A stretch of DNA of 64,000 nt, from the NCBI GenBank assembly GCA_965205975.1, contig OZ242195.1, positions 3,808,001 through 3,872,000 of the forward strand. The letters run 5' to 3'. Made by a program: the position numbers and the translations under genes. This DNA comes from Candidatus Latescibacterota bacterium. GTDB lineage: Bacteria > Latescibacterota > UBA2968. Positions within the stretch are counted from its first letter, which is position 1, and each line of letters opens with the position of its first letter. The notes beneath the pieces were generated by a model. It was not told the origin of the DNA and did not search any database. It saw only the letters and a program-made list of their open reading frames with translations. This document shows positions 31,985 to 41,455 of the stretch, in pieces.

Positions 31985-33383
31985 TGTTATGCTTCAGATA
32001 GAAATGGACTTTTGTGGTGCATTGATAAGCTATAAATTGGGCTGTCCCCAAGGAGGAGTCCATGTCGAAGAAGCGTAAGCAATATTCTCCCGAAGAGAAG
32101 GTGTCGATTTTGCGTCGTCATCTGTTAGATGGCGTGCCCGTGTCAGATTTGTGTGATGCACACGGGATTCACCCGACGATGTTCTACCAGTGGCAGAAGG
32201 TGTTTTTCGAGCAAGGTACCTCAGCCTTTGCGCCAAAGCAGAGTGTGCATGAGAAACAGCAGGCGAGAAAGATTGCTGTCTTAGAGGCCAAATTGGCAAC
32301 AAAGAACGAAGTGTTGTCAGAACTGATGGAAGAGCACATTTTTCTAAAAAAAAGTCTTGGGGAGACCTGAGTCAACGTCCGATTTCGAGGGTCATTCGCG
32401 ATGCGGTGATTGATTTTGTGGTCCATTGGCACAAGCAAACCGGTATCTTTATCGGTCAGTTTTTATCCTTATTAGGGTTATCTACAAGCACATATTATGA
32501 CTGGAAAGCCCGGTATGGTGCGCCCAATGGCACTTATGGGTCACTGCCCAAGAGTTCCTGGCTCTTGGACTGGGAGAAGCAAGCCATTATCACTTATGCC
32601 ATAGCGCACCCCGACCAGGGGTATCGTCGTTTGGCGTATCAGATGATAGATGAAGATGTTGTAGCTGTTTCACCCAGTAGCGTGTATCGCGTGCTCAAAG
32701 GCGCCGATCTGCTTAGTCGAACTTTAAAAAAGGTCTCAAAGAAGGGGACAGGATTTGACCAGCCAACACGGGCACACCAGCACTGGCATGTGGATGTATC
32801 CTATTTGAATATCTGCGGGACCTTCTACTACTTATGTGCCCTTTTAGATGGCTATAGTCGCTTTCTCGTCCATTTTGAGATTCGAGAAGCGATGCGAGAA
32901 GCAGATGTCGAGATCATTATTCAAAGAGGCAGAGAAAAGTTCCCCAACGTCAGGCCGCGTATCATCTCGGACAATGGTCCACAGTTTATTGCCCTTGCCT
33001 TCAAGTCTTTTATCAGACACTGTGGGATGACCCATGTGCGCACTTCGCCGTTTTATCCGCAATCCAATGGCAAGATCGAGCGGTGGCACCAGTCGCTCAA
33101 GCGCGAGTGTATTCGTCCCAAAACACCGACGAATTTGGAGGAGGCGCGAGAAGTGGTTGCCAGATTTGTCGCGCATTACAACCACAAGAGATACCACGCC
33201 AGCATCGGGTATATCGCGCCTGTTGATAAACTGTGTGGTCGAGCACCACTTATTTTTCGAGAACGAAAACGCAAGTTGGCGCAAGCAAAATGCTTGCGTG
33301 CCCAACTCAGAGCCGTCAAACCCGTTGCCCATTTGTAGCTTAACTACAACACCCAAAATTCCAATTTACTTTGAACCATTACA
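31985..33383 (+). mobile_element. IS3-family insertion sequence (1399 bp)
   Basis: TG...CA ends, imperfect ~30-bp IR, 4-bp target duplication TTCA (31981-84 and 33384-87). Confidence 0.95.
32062..33338 (+). CDS. IS3 transposase OrfA/OrfB with -1 frameshift
   Basis: OrfA 32062-32370 (HTH); OrfB rve domain WHVD, SDNGPQF, SNGKIER; A8G slippery site 32346-32354. Confidence 0.93.
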
Positions 33384-34206
33384 TTCACGGGTGCAACAAA
33401 TGGCGTATCGTCGGATTCGGAAACTGTCATTTCTTCCTTTTCTTTTTCCTCCGTGGCTTCGTCCACAGCTACCGCAGAAACTACCTTAGCCGTCTCCAGT
33501 ACCGTAATGTAGGCATGTCGGTCAGTTCCATAGAGGAGCTGGCTGGGCTCGAGGCGCAGTTCGATAGCATCTTCTGGCGATCCTGTCGTGACAGAGAACA
33601 CGATAATTGGCCTGTCACCCTCTTCGTCAACCCGGACCCACACGCTTGCGTGTCGGTCAATGCGATCATTGTAGTGCTGGAAGGTCTCGTAGGATTCGTG
33701 TGTTGAGGACAGATCGGGATCCTTTCCCTCCAGTGCATTCAGCAAGATGCCCAGGATCGCATCGCCCACATGTAAGAAAGCCCGGGTGTAGTCAATCGTC
33801 AGGGAATCCAAGAAACCAAGCTTCCCATGAGCAACTGGACCAGTATCATTGCGCATCTTACTCAAGGCATCCGACAGTTTGGTGAATCCTGATAACACCG
33901 CGCCAAGTTTCGTCGCGCGTTTCTTCTTACTCAGCCCGAGGGCGTCAAGTGCCGCCACGAGTAGTTGGGTTGAGGTAGAGGTATTGGATGGCTCCGGGCG
34001 ACCAAACTCTATCAGAATTGTACGGCATACGCTCTCGATGAAAGACTTAACATGCTCGATCAATCCATGTGCGTTGTCGTAGAAGCATATAGCTAACGCG
34101 TCGTAACCATCTGCCAATGTCGGGGCATCAGGCCATCGCTGTTGTGAACGACGATAGTTGGGTGCAAGTGTATCGAGATTGTTCATTATTTTTTGCCTCT
34201 CAGAAA

Positions 34207-35508
34207 TCATACACTCTCTACTCGGAGTTCACCGGAAATGAGCTTGGGCAACAGCGCGTCACGCTGAGCGGCGAGAGTGCGGGCTTCTGCCGTGTTAGAT
34301 CGAATATGTTTATCCCACGATAGTGCTATTGATCCGAACTCTCTAACTACTTCGGACATTGGTTCTATCGTTTTCAAAGATTCGAATTGCGTTTTGTTGA
34401 TAGCACCGAACACTGTTCCCATATGCTCATACTGTTGAAGCTCTCGCTGTATTGCCCAAGCAAAATGGTATGTGTATGAACTCGAACCAGATTTGTGTCG
34501 TAGGGCTGCCACGCCACGTCCAATACAACACTGCTCCCAAGCCATGTTGATGTCTCCAACTGGTGCTCTGACACTAATCAGCGTATCGTTCGGTTCAGCA
34601 ACGCGGGTTGGAGCGGTACAGTATCTCCGTTTTTCGGGATAACGGAATCCAAAATCAGTTCGACCCTGGAAGAAAGGCATTCCTTCAGCGTGCTCATTAT
34701 AGGTGCTGCCAGGCGGTGATTGACCCATTGTAAGGTTGAAGCAATCGCCAAGTGCCTTCACCTCCCACCCTTCCGGTATCAGTCCCAATTCCGAGTCCAC
34801 GAGGCGGTCGGGAAATAGGTCGGCGAGGTGTTTTGGCAGACCGGGATCGCGGTCTTCCATTTTTGCGCGGACGGGGTCGAAATCGACGAACCACGATTTG
34901 AACAGGGCGCGGGCCATCTCTTCCAGCGTTTCGTTCATGCGGCGGTTTAACTCAATCTTGTCATCCAGTGTGCCGAGGATGTGGGCGATGGCGCGTTGTT
35001 CGGCTACGTCCATTGGTGCTTGTACATCGAATGATTCGATCATGCCCTTAGTCAGAGCATTTCTTGTTCCGCCAGAACCTGCCCATGACAAGAGCGTTGC
35101 CTGTATTTCGGGACTCACAAGAAAATAGCGCAGAAAGCGTGGCGACAGCTTATTTGGGTCCGGACGGATGATCGCGACGTGCTGATTCACGCGCGCTGGA
35201 AGTACATCTGGTGCAACCTGACATACCCGAGCTACCGAATCCCCAGTAATATTGAGCAAAACATCGTCAGCAAAGACCTCAACATTTTTTAGTTCAGTCG
35301 CCTGTTGCTGGTTGATAAACGCCAAACCATCATAACTGAATCCATTGTTGTAAACGTTTTGGCTTCTGATCAGCGCATAAGGCCCTTCCACCAAATAGAC
35401 CTCTTTTCCACCGCGCGGGGTCGCACCACTTCCAATTTTTGTACAAACGTCACCGAGACGCCGTGATACCCAACCATCATTCATCATAACCAACTCTTTC
35501 CTTATCAT
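34207..35508 (-). CDS. hsdS: Type I R-M specificity subunit
   Basis: Two TRDs with conserved EQRAIAHILGTLDDKIELN, IPEGW and RDALLPKLISGELRV. Confidence 0.95.
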   Translation of the reverse strand: MIRKELVMMNDGWVSRRLGDVCTKIGSGATPRGGKEVYLVEGPYALIRSQNVYNNGFSYDGLAFINQQQATELKNVEVFADDVLLNITGDSVARVCQVAPDVLPARVNQHVAIIRPDPNKLSPRFLRYFLVSPEIQATLLSWAGSGGTRNALTKGMIESFDVQAPMDVAEQRAIAHILGTLDDKIELNRRMNETLEEMARALFKSWFVDFDPVRAKMEDRDPGLPKHLADLFPDRLVDSELGLIPEGWEVKALGDCFNLTMGQSPPGSTYNEHAEGMPFFQGRTDFGFRYPEKRRYCTAPTRVAEPNDTLISVRAPVGDINMAWEQCCIGRGVAALRHKSGSSSYTYHFAWAIQRELQQYEHMGTVFGAINKTQFESLKTIEPMSEVVREFGSIALSWDKHIRSNTAEARTLAAQRDALLPKLISGELRVESV

Positions 35509-35511
35509 CCT

Positions 35512-35817
35512 CTAAGCCATCACTTGCCGAGGTTTCACGCGCTCAGCAATGCGCTCGCCCACATCGATCTCAGCTTGACGAAGCTCGTAGGTCTTCTGCA
35601 GGTTCAGCCAGACCTGCGGCGGCGTCCCAAAATAGCGTGCTAACCTGAGTGCAATATCAGCGGTTACACTCTGCTGACCATTGAGGATCGCAGTGACGCA
35701 GCCTGGCGACACGTCCAGTGCGTTAGCCAGTACGTTAGCTGACAGGCCGAGTGTTTCGAGTTCCTCGCCCAATATCTCACCAGGATGCACAGGTCTCATA
35801 CCGTTTTTCACATTCAA
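35512..35817 (-). CDS. higA: HigA-family antitoxin, orphan
   Basis: MRPVHPGEIL...ALRLARYFGT...WLNLQ..Y. Confidence 0.9.
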   Translation of the reverse strand: MNVKNGMRPVHPGEILGEELETLGLSANVLANALDVSPGCVTAILNGQQSVTADIALRLARYFGTPPQVWLNLQKTYELRQAEIDVGERIAERVKPRQVMA

Positions 35818-35835
35818 GTTCTTACTCCCTGATTG

Positions 35836-37398
35836 CTATAGCTCATTGGGTGCCCCAAATCCGAGCGTCTTCAGATTTTCGTCAATCGCAGCATCCAGCC
35901 TATTCGCCTCGGCCTGTTGCTCTTGCCATTGCGCGACCAGACGCTTCATCTTCTCCTCAAAAGGCTCGCCATCGTCCTCTTGCGGCTCGGCACCCACATA
36001 GCGACCGGGCGTGAGTATATGACTGTGCCGACGAACTTCCTCCAGCGCAGCACCCTTGCAAAAACCGGGCACATCGTCATAATCCACACCAGACCGCCAT
36101 GCGTGGTAAGTGTCCGAAATACGGGCAATATCCTCCTCTGCCAATTCCCGTTGCGTGCGATCTACCATATACCCCAGCTTGCGCGCATCGATAAACAGGA
36201 CCTCACCCCGACGATCGCGGAATCTTCCATTATGCCGGTCACGCGCCAGAAACCAGAGACACGCGGGAATCTGTGTCGATCTGAAAAGCTGCCCCGGCAA
36301 AGCCACCATACAATCCACCAGATCCGCCTCAATCAAATTCTTGCGTATCTCGCCCTCACCGGACTGATTGGACGACATCGAGCCATTAGCCAGCACAAAA
36401 CCCGCTGTACCAGTAGGCGAAAGATGATGCACAATATGTTGCACCCACGCAAAATTGGCATTCCGCACAGGCGGTACGCCATACTGCCAGCGCTGATCCT
36501 CGTGCAACCGATCACCACCCCAATCCGAAACATTAAACGGAGGATTGGCGAGAATATAATCCGCCCGCATATCGGGATAGCGGTCATTGTGAAACGTATC
36601 CCCGTGCGCGATCTGGCCTTCGATCCCCCGAATCGCCAGATTCATCCTCGCCAATCGCCACGTCGTATAATTAGACTCCTGTCCATAAATAGAAATATCA
36701 GCCCGCGCAGTGCCACCATTGCCATTCCCGCTCTGATGCGCCTGAATAAACGCGATAGACTGCACGAACATACCCGAAGAACCACAACACGGATCATAGA
36801 CGCGCCCGTTATACGGTTCTAACATCTCCACCAGCAAATTCACCACACAGCGCGGCGTATAAAACTCGCCCCCCTTGCGCCCTTCAGCCAGAGCAAACTG
36901 ACTCAAAAAATATTCATAAACCTGGCCCAACACATCCTGAGCACGCGCCTCTGAATCGCCAATATCAATATTGCTGATCAAGTCAATAACCTGACCCAGA
37001 CGGGTCTGATCCAATGCCTCTCGGGCATAATCCTTGGGCAGCACATTCTTCAATGCCTCATTATCGCGCTCAATAGCCACCATCGCGTCATCCACCTTTT
37101 GTCCAATTGTCGATTGCCTTGCAGCAGCCTGAAGAATCGCCCAGCGCGCCTCGGGTGGCACCCAGAAAATATTCTGAGCGCGGTACTCATCCGGATCCTC
37201 GGGATCAGCACCCTCATCCCGCTCCAACTCCAATTGCGCGTGCGCTTCCTGGAAAGCATCGGAAATATACTTCAGAAAAATCAGACCGAGCACAACATGC
37301 TTGTACTCCGCAGCATCCATACTGCCGCGCAATGCATCGGCCATCAGCCACAATTCCGCCTCGTAATTAGCAGGTCTATCAGCACTTGTTTTCGTCAT
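35836..37398 (-). CDS. hsdM: Type I R-M methyltransferase subunit
   Basis: [28 protein letters not shown]. Confidence 0.97.
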   Translation of the reverse strand: MTKTSADRPANYEAELWLMADALRGSMDAAEYKHVVLGLIFLKYISDAFQEAHAQLELERDEGADPEDPDEYRAQNIFWVPPEARWAILQAAARQSTIGQKVDDAMVAIERDNEALKNVLPKDYAREALDQTRLGQVIDLISNIDIGDSEARAQDVLGQVYEYFLSQFALAEGRKGGEFYTPRCVVNLLVEMLEPYNGRVYDPCCGSSGMFVQSIAFIQAHQSGNGNGGTARADISIYGQESNYTTWRLARMNLAIRGIEGQIAHGDTFHNDRYPDMRADYILANPPFNVSDWGGDRLHEDQRWQYGVPPVRNANFAWVQHIVHHLSPTGTAGFVLANGSMSSNQSGEGEIRKNLIEADLVDCMVALPGQLFRSTQIPACLWFLARDRHNGRFRDRRGEVLFIDARKLGYMVDRTQRELAEEDIARISDTYHAWRSGVDYDDVPGFCKGAALEEVRRHSHILTPGRYVGAEPQEDDGEPFEEKMKRLVAQWQEQQAEANRLDAAIDENLKTLGFGAPNEL

Positions 37399-37445
37399 CC
37401 TTTACTCCTTTTCACCTGTTGAAACCATGGCTGTTAGCGATCAGC

Positions 37446-37507
37446 GGGCGGGCACAGGGGCCCGCCCCTACAATCTGGATCGCGGCTCAACACCATGCCG
37501 CGATGAC
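37446..37507. repeat. GTAG REP plus family B palindrome
   Basis: GGGCGGGCAC...GCCCCTAC followed by CTGGATCGCGG...CCGCGATGAC. Confidence 0.8.
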
Positions 37508-37556
37508 AAGAGATGCTCGTCACGCCTCTGTGTTATTCCTATTGTCACATTGATAA

Positions 37557-39296
37557 TTACGGCTTAAGCGGCTGATACTCGACCAGTGCTGATCGGCCTA
37601 AGATATCGATAATGCGAACAAGCATCTCTGTTCCTTCCGCATCTGTCAGTCGCAGGTCTTCACCGGGAAGGAAGTGAACCGGTTGCTGCTCGCCCTGATT
37701 AATGGCGATGTTGGAGGCGTACAGGTAGGTTCTATCGAGTGTATCGCGTTTGGGATTCAGCCTGCCCTTGAGTCCCGGAAGGGAACCAGTCGCCTCTGGA
37801 AAAATGATTGCACCGCCGCCGGGAAGTGGCTTCATTTCAACAGCGAGCACACCTCCTGAGGGCATCCACTCTTGTTCGCAGTGCGCGGCAAAGCCGTGGG
37901 CAGCGACGAACACAGTCATCGGCAAATCAACCGTATGCAGGCCAACAATGGCCTCGCCCAGCGTATCCGTCTTAGCTTGTCTCCAGGTCTTGTTTGGGAA
38001 CAGCACCAGTACCTCCGCATCGGCAAGCGGCTGGTCATCGGCACGCACGGTAATGAGCACGCGGGCTGGACTCGGCTCGGTAGAGGCCGCCGGTAGCGTA
38101 ACGCGAAGATCCGCTCCCCCAACCAGATCGAACCGCGGCAAACGCCCGGCGAGTTCGCGTGTTTCTCTCCGGATGATAGGGACACCATCGCCGCGTCGCT
38201 CCATGATGAAAAGCCGACCACCAACTCCCTGAATACCACTTGTCGGCATCCGCCCCAGAACCGAGGCAAGCACCTCGTTGCGCGTCGCCTGCCGATATTC
38301 CAACTCATCTACTGTCAGACGATTGGCTAATGCACCCGGCGACTGGATTTCCACCCGGTCAGCGAACATCGACAAACGAATCCGGCTACCGCGTATCGAA
38401 TAGTCGCGATGGACCACGGCATTGACGAGAGCCTCGAACAGAGCTTCTGCGCTGTACTGCGGCAAATCCATGCGGGCCGGATCTTTGTAGGCACCGACGC
38501 GCATATTACGCACGGCAAAGGCGACCGCTTCGGCAATTTGTCGGTTGAGAGGCCCAGTAATCGTCTGGGTGTCGAGTTGCCCGGAGGCGCGATCAATACC
38601 TCGGTAATGGGTGGCCGTGATGCAGGCATTGGGAAGCCATTCCTCCGGGGTATGGCTGCAAAAGAGAAGGCCAGCGACAGTCGCTCGCACTACACCGTGT
38701 TCGTCCTGTCCAAGAAGGCCCATTTTTTCCAATGCTGTTTCCGGATCGTCCCTGCCTTCAACACTCAACAACGGTTTCCACAGGGCTTCGTCCAGCGTAC
38801 CCAATCCGGTATCGGGCACCGGCTGCTTGTCGAACCAGAGGAACCTCGCCTGCCCCCGCTGCTGCGCCAGACGCAGTCGCTCATCGCTCGTCATCCTCCG
38901 TTTTGACCCGCCTACCCGAACATAACTACCACCCGGACTATCATGCTGCGATTCTCCCTGCGGCACTTCAACCAGCAGCAACCGCTTGCCATCCAGTTCT
39001 CTGTGATAGGTACTAATGCGAACCGCCGGTTTGATAGCATCGGAACTAACCTCAACCAGAACAGCATCCAGCGCGACGATTTGTTCACGCGACAGGCCCT
39101 GAATCTCACCTTCATCAGTGACCCCACAGAGCAACACGCCGCCATTCGCGTTGGCAAAAGCCGCGATCTCATCGGCCAGATCATCGCGTCGGGGACTTGT
39201 GGGCCGGTTCCCGGAAAACGCGATCTGCTTAAATTCCCATTGGCTGTCCTCGGCCAGTCGCAGTTGGCGCGCAATATCCTGGTCGCTATAGTTCAT
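37557..39296 (-). CDS. Schlafen/AlbA_2 + HATPase_c_4 protein with atypical C-terminal region
   Basis: EDSQWEFK, IAAFANANGG..L.GVTD, EALVNAVVHRDY, ERRGDG; GGAGG RBS before the ATG at 39296. Confidence 0.88.
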   Translation of the reverse strand: MNYSDQDIARQLRLAEDSQWEFKQIAFSGNRPTSPRRDDLADEIAAFANANGGVLLCGVTDEGEIQGLSREQIVALDAVLVEVSSDAIKPAVRISTYHRELDGKRLLLVEVPQGESQHDSPGGSYVRVGGSKRRMTSDERLRLAQQRGQARFLWFDKQPVPDTGLGTLDEALWKPLLSVEGRDDPETALEKMGLLGQDEHGVVRATVAGLLFCSHTPEEWLPNACITATHYRGIDRASGQLDTQTITGPLNRQIAEAVAFAVRNMRVGAYKDPARMDLPQYSAEALFEALVNAVVHRDYSIRGSRIRLSMFADRVEIQSPGALANRLTVDELEYRQATRNEVLASVLGRMPTSGIQGVGGRLFIMERRGDGVPIIRRETRELAGRLPRFDLVGGADLRVTLPAASTEPSPARVLITVRADDQPLADAEVLVLFPNKTWRQAKTDTLGEAIVGLHTVDLPMTVFVAAHGFAAHCEQEWMPSGGVLAVEMKPLPGGGAIIFPEATGSLPGLKGRLNPKRDTLDRTYLYASNIAINQGEQQPVHFLPGEDLRLTDAEGTEMLVRIIDILGRSALVEYQPLKP

Positions 39297-39361
39297 CGGG
39301 CACCTCCAAAATTGGCACTCGTTTTCGTCATCGGTTAGCTGCTCGGGACGGTCAAAAATCA

Positions 39362-39420
39362 CTGGATCGCGGCTCAACATCATACCGCGATGACGGGACG
39401 GCACAGGGGCCGTCCCCTAC
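39362..39420. repeat. Family B palindrome plus GTAG REP
   Basis: CTGGATCGCGG...CCGCGATGAC then GGGACGGCAC...GTCCCCTAC. Confidence 0.8.
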
Positions 39421-39459
39421 GACGGGGTACAAACCGTTCTTTACGCTCAGGTCTTAGCC

Positions 39460-40290
39460 TTATTCTCTCTTCACCTGCGGCTCTCTCGAGAGCGGAACCT
39501 GCGGTTGCACAATGCGGCGGCGTTGGGGGGTGAGGCGTTCCAGCAACTCTGGCGACGGCTGGTATCCGTGCCGGAAATTCCCCCACGAAGGCCCGTAGCG
39601 ATACACCGCGATACGCCGCGTCCCCGCATTCATCCGCTTTGCCGACCCGTGTGAAAGTCCATCTACAAAAACGAGCGCATCGCCCGCCTTCATAAACACC
39701 TCAATCGCGCCCACCGTACCCTCCACAGACCTGTCCTCTCCCATCCTCTGCTCATCGTAAAACGGATGCCTGAAATTCGCCTTGTGGCTCCCCGGAATCA
39801 ACATCGTCCCGCCATCGCCCGGACCGATATCCGTCAGCGCCATCAGCACATTGACCTGCCCGCACATAAACCGCCCCCCATGATACCGAAACTGATTCCT
39901 CATAATCGGCGGAAACCCACCCGAATGCAACCCAATCGCCTCGCCCGGCTCGCGAAAATTGGCCAAACACTCATCGATAAACATAGGCCCGTGATGGTGA
40001 TCAAACGTCCCCTCCGCCCCGATAAAAAGCTTCACATGCTCAAACCACGACGGATGATCAATCAGCTTCTCAAACGGCTCGCCCGCCTCGTAAATCTGTT
40101 GATAATTGATCCCCGACGTCACATCGCCATACGCATGACCCTGAACATACCCATACCACTCCCCCGGCTTCAGCGCGGGAATCTCATCCAAACAACCGTT
40201 CAACGCCTGAACCTCATCCGTCGTCAGCGCCCCCTCCATAAGCAGGTACCCGCGCAGGTCAAACAAATAAACATCGAGATCTGGAACCAT
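39460..40290 (-). CDS. PhyH-family Fe(II)/2OG oxygenase, HxG variant
   Basis: YLFDLRGY, LHSGG, IPGSHK, LSHGS...RR. Confidence 0.85.
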   Translation of the reverse strand: MVPDLDVYLFDLRGYLLMEGALTTDEVQALNGCLDEIPALKPGEWYGYVQGHAYGDVTSGINYQQIYEAGEPFEKLIDHPSWFEHVKLFIGAEGTFDHHHGPMFIDECLANFREPGEAIGLHSGGFPPIMRNQFRYHGGRFMCGQVNVLMALTDIGPGDGGTMLIPGSHKANFRHPFYDEQRMGEDRSVEGTVGAIEVFMKAGDALVFVDGLSHGSAKRMNAGTRRIAVYRYGPSWGNFRHGYQPSPELLERLTPQRRRIVQPQVPLSREPQVKRE

Positions 40291-40374
40291 CGTCACGCTC
40301 CTTGTCAATATTAGCTATGCATATCGCAAGTTATGATAAACTTTTAGGCTATGAAAAGCCATAGCATTTTTGGC

Positions 40375-40512
40375 GGGCGACCACAGGGGGTCGCCCCTAC
40401 AATCTGGATCGCGGCTAACACAATGCCGCGATGACGGGCGACCACAGGGGGTCGCCCCTACAACAACGGGTGGACAGGGCATACGTACGGGCGAGGCATG
40501 CCTCGCCCCTAC
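40375..40512. repeat. BIME-like mosaic: three GTAG REPs and one family B palindrome
   Basis: REPs at 40375-40400, 40436-40461 and 40489-40512; family B at 40404-40435. Confidence 0.85.
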
Positions 40513-40589
40513 CAGCGTAATATTCTTTCTTGCTTCATTCTCATTCAAACCATATAATTTGGAAACACAGTAAAAATGGACATACAACT

Positions 40590-41441
40590 ATGGAACAACA
40601 AAACCCCAAAAACATGCGTGAACGCACACCTGAAACCATGCGCGGTGAAGAAACCGAAGAAGAGCAGATCATCGAGGAAGAAACCCTTGAAGAATCGCAA
40701 CCTCTGCTCGAAGAACGGCTCACCTTGCGAAAACCGCTCGGCATATTATTTGACCTGGGCGACACCCTCTTGACATACATCAAATTCGACCCAGAAGCCG
40801 GGCATGCAGCCACACTTAACATCGCCAACAACCCATTGGGTTACACAGTCGCAGACATTGACAACCACATAAAAAGACTCAACCGCGACCTCATACCCCG
40901 CAGAGAAAAAGCACGAGTAGAATTTCACCCCCACATCATCCAGCGTCACGTCTATGAAGCCCTGCACATCACCTTTGACCGCACCCCTGAAGAAGTCGAA
41001 CGCGTATTCTGGCGCGCGGCAACATCCTGGCAGCCCGAACCGGGCATAGAATACGTCCTCGAAATATTGCGAAACAAAAACATCCCAATGGGCATCGTCA
41101 GCAACGCCGCATTTTGCGGCAACACATTGATGTGGGAAATCGAACAACAGGGCCTCGCGGACTACTTCCGCTTCCTCATGTCCAGCGCCGACTACTGGGT
41201 ACGCAAACCCCATCCCCTCCTATTGGAAACCGCCGCCGCCAAACTCGGATACAAACCCGCCGACATATGGTATGTGGGCAACTCGCCGCAATACGATATC
41301 GCAGCCGCGCACAACGCCGGCATGGGCGCCGTATGGTACAACCGCCTGGACGACCCCCTCGATGGACCCGACCCCCATGTCGAAATCAAAAGCTGGCGCG
41401 AATTTTTAGAATTGGTCGAAGGCTTTTATTTGAAAATATAA
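40590..41441 (+). CDS. HAD-superfamily hydrolase
   Basis: FDLGDTL, VSN, RKPHP, VGNSPQYDI. Confidence 0.88.
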   Translation: MEQQNPKNMRERTPETMRGEETEEEQIIEEETLEESQPLLEERLTLRKPLGILFDLGDTLLTYIKFDPEAGHAATLNIANNPLGYTVADIDNHIKRLNRDLIPRREKARVEFHPHIIQRHVYEALHITFDRTPEEVERVFWRAATSWQPEPGIEYVLEILRNKNIPMGIVSNAAFCGNTLMWEIEQQGLADYFRFLMSSADYWVRKPHPLLLETAAAKLGYKPADIWYVGNSPQYDIAAAHNAGMGAVWYNRLDDPLDGPDPHVEIKSWREFLELVEGFYLKI

Positions 41442-41455
41442 AGGAGAGAACCACG

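Larger units (their letters stand above)
31635..34210 (-). pseudogene. Abortive-infection (Abi_C/HEPN-type) protein (390 aa reconstituted) interrupted by IS3
   Basis: KSFIESVCRTIL...MRNDTGPVAHG; removing the IS and one TTCA restores ...APV|KAVGPV... in frame. Confidence 0.85.

Noticed and set aside
34207..35508. Phase-variable hsdS inversion locus (shufflon)
   Set aside because: No silent TRD copies, inverted repeats or recombinase; the extra hsdS pieces are short tails in direct orientation.
40375..40512. Repeated 26-bp palindromes as a mini-CRISPR array
   Set aside because: These are dispersed GTAG REPs, and the intervening sequence is itself a repeat family.
41114..41455. N-terminal extension of the 525-aa ORF
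   Set aside because: Overlaps the HAD gene; the true start is the ATG at 41456 with an AAGGAG RBS.
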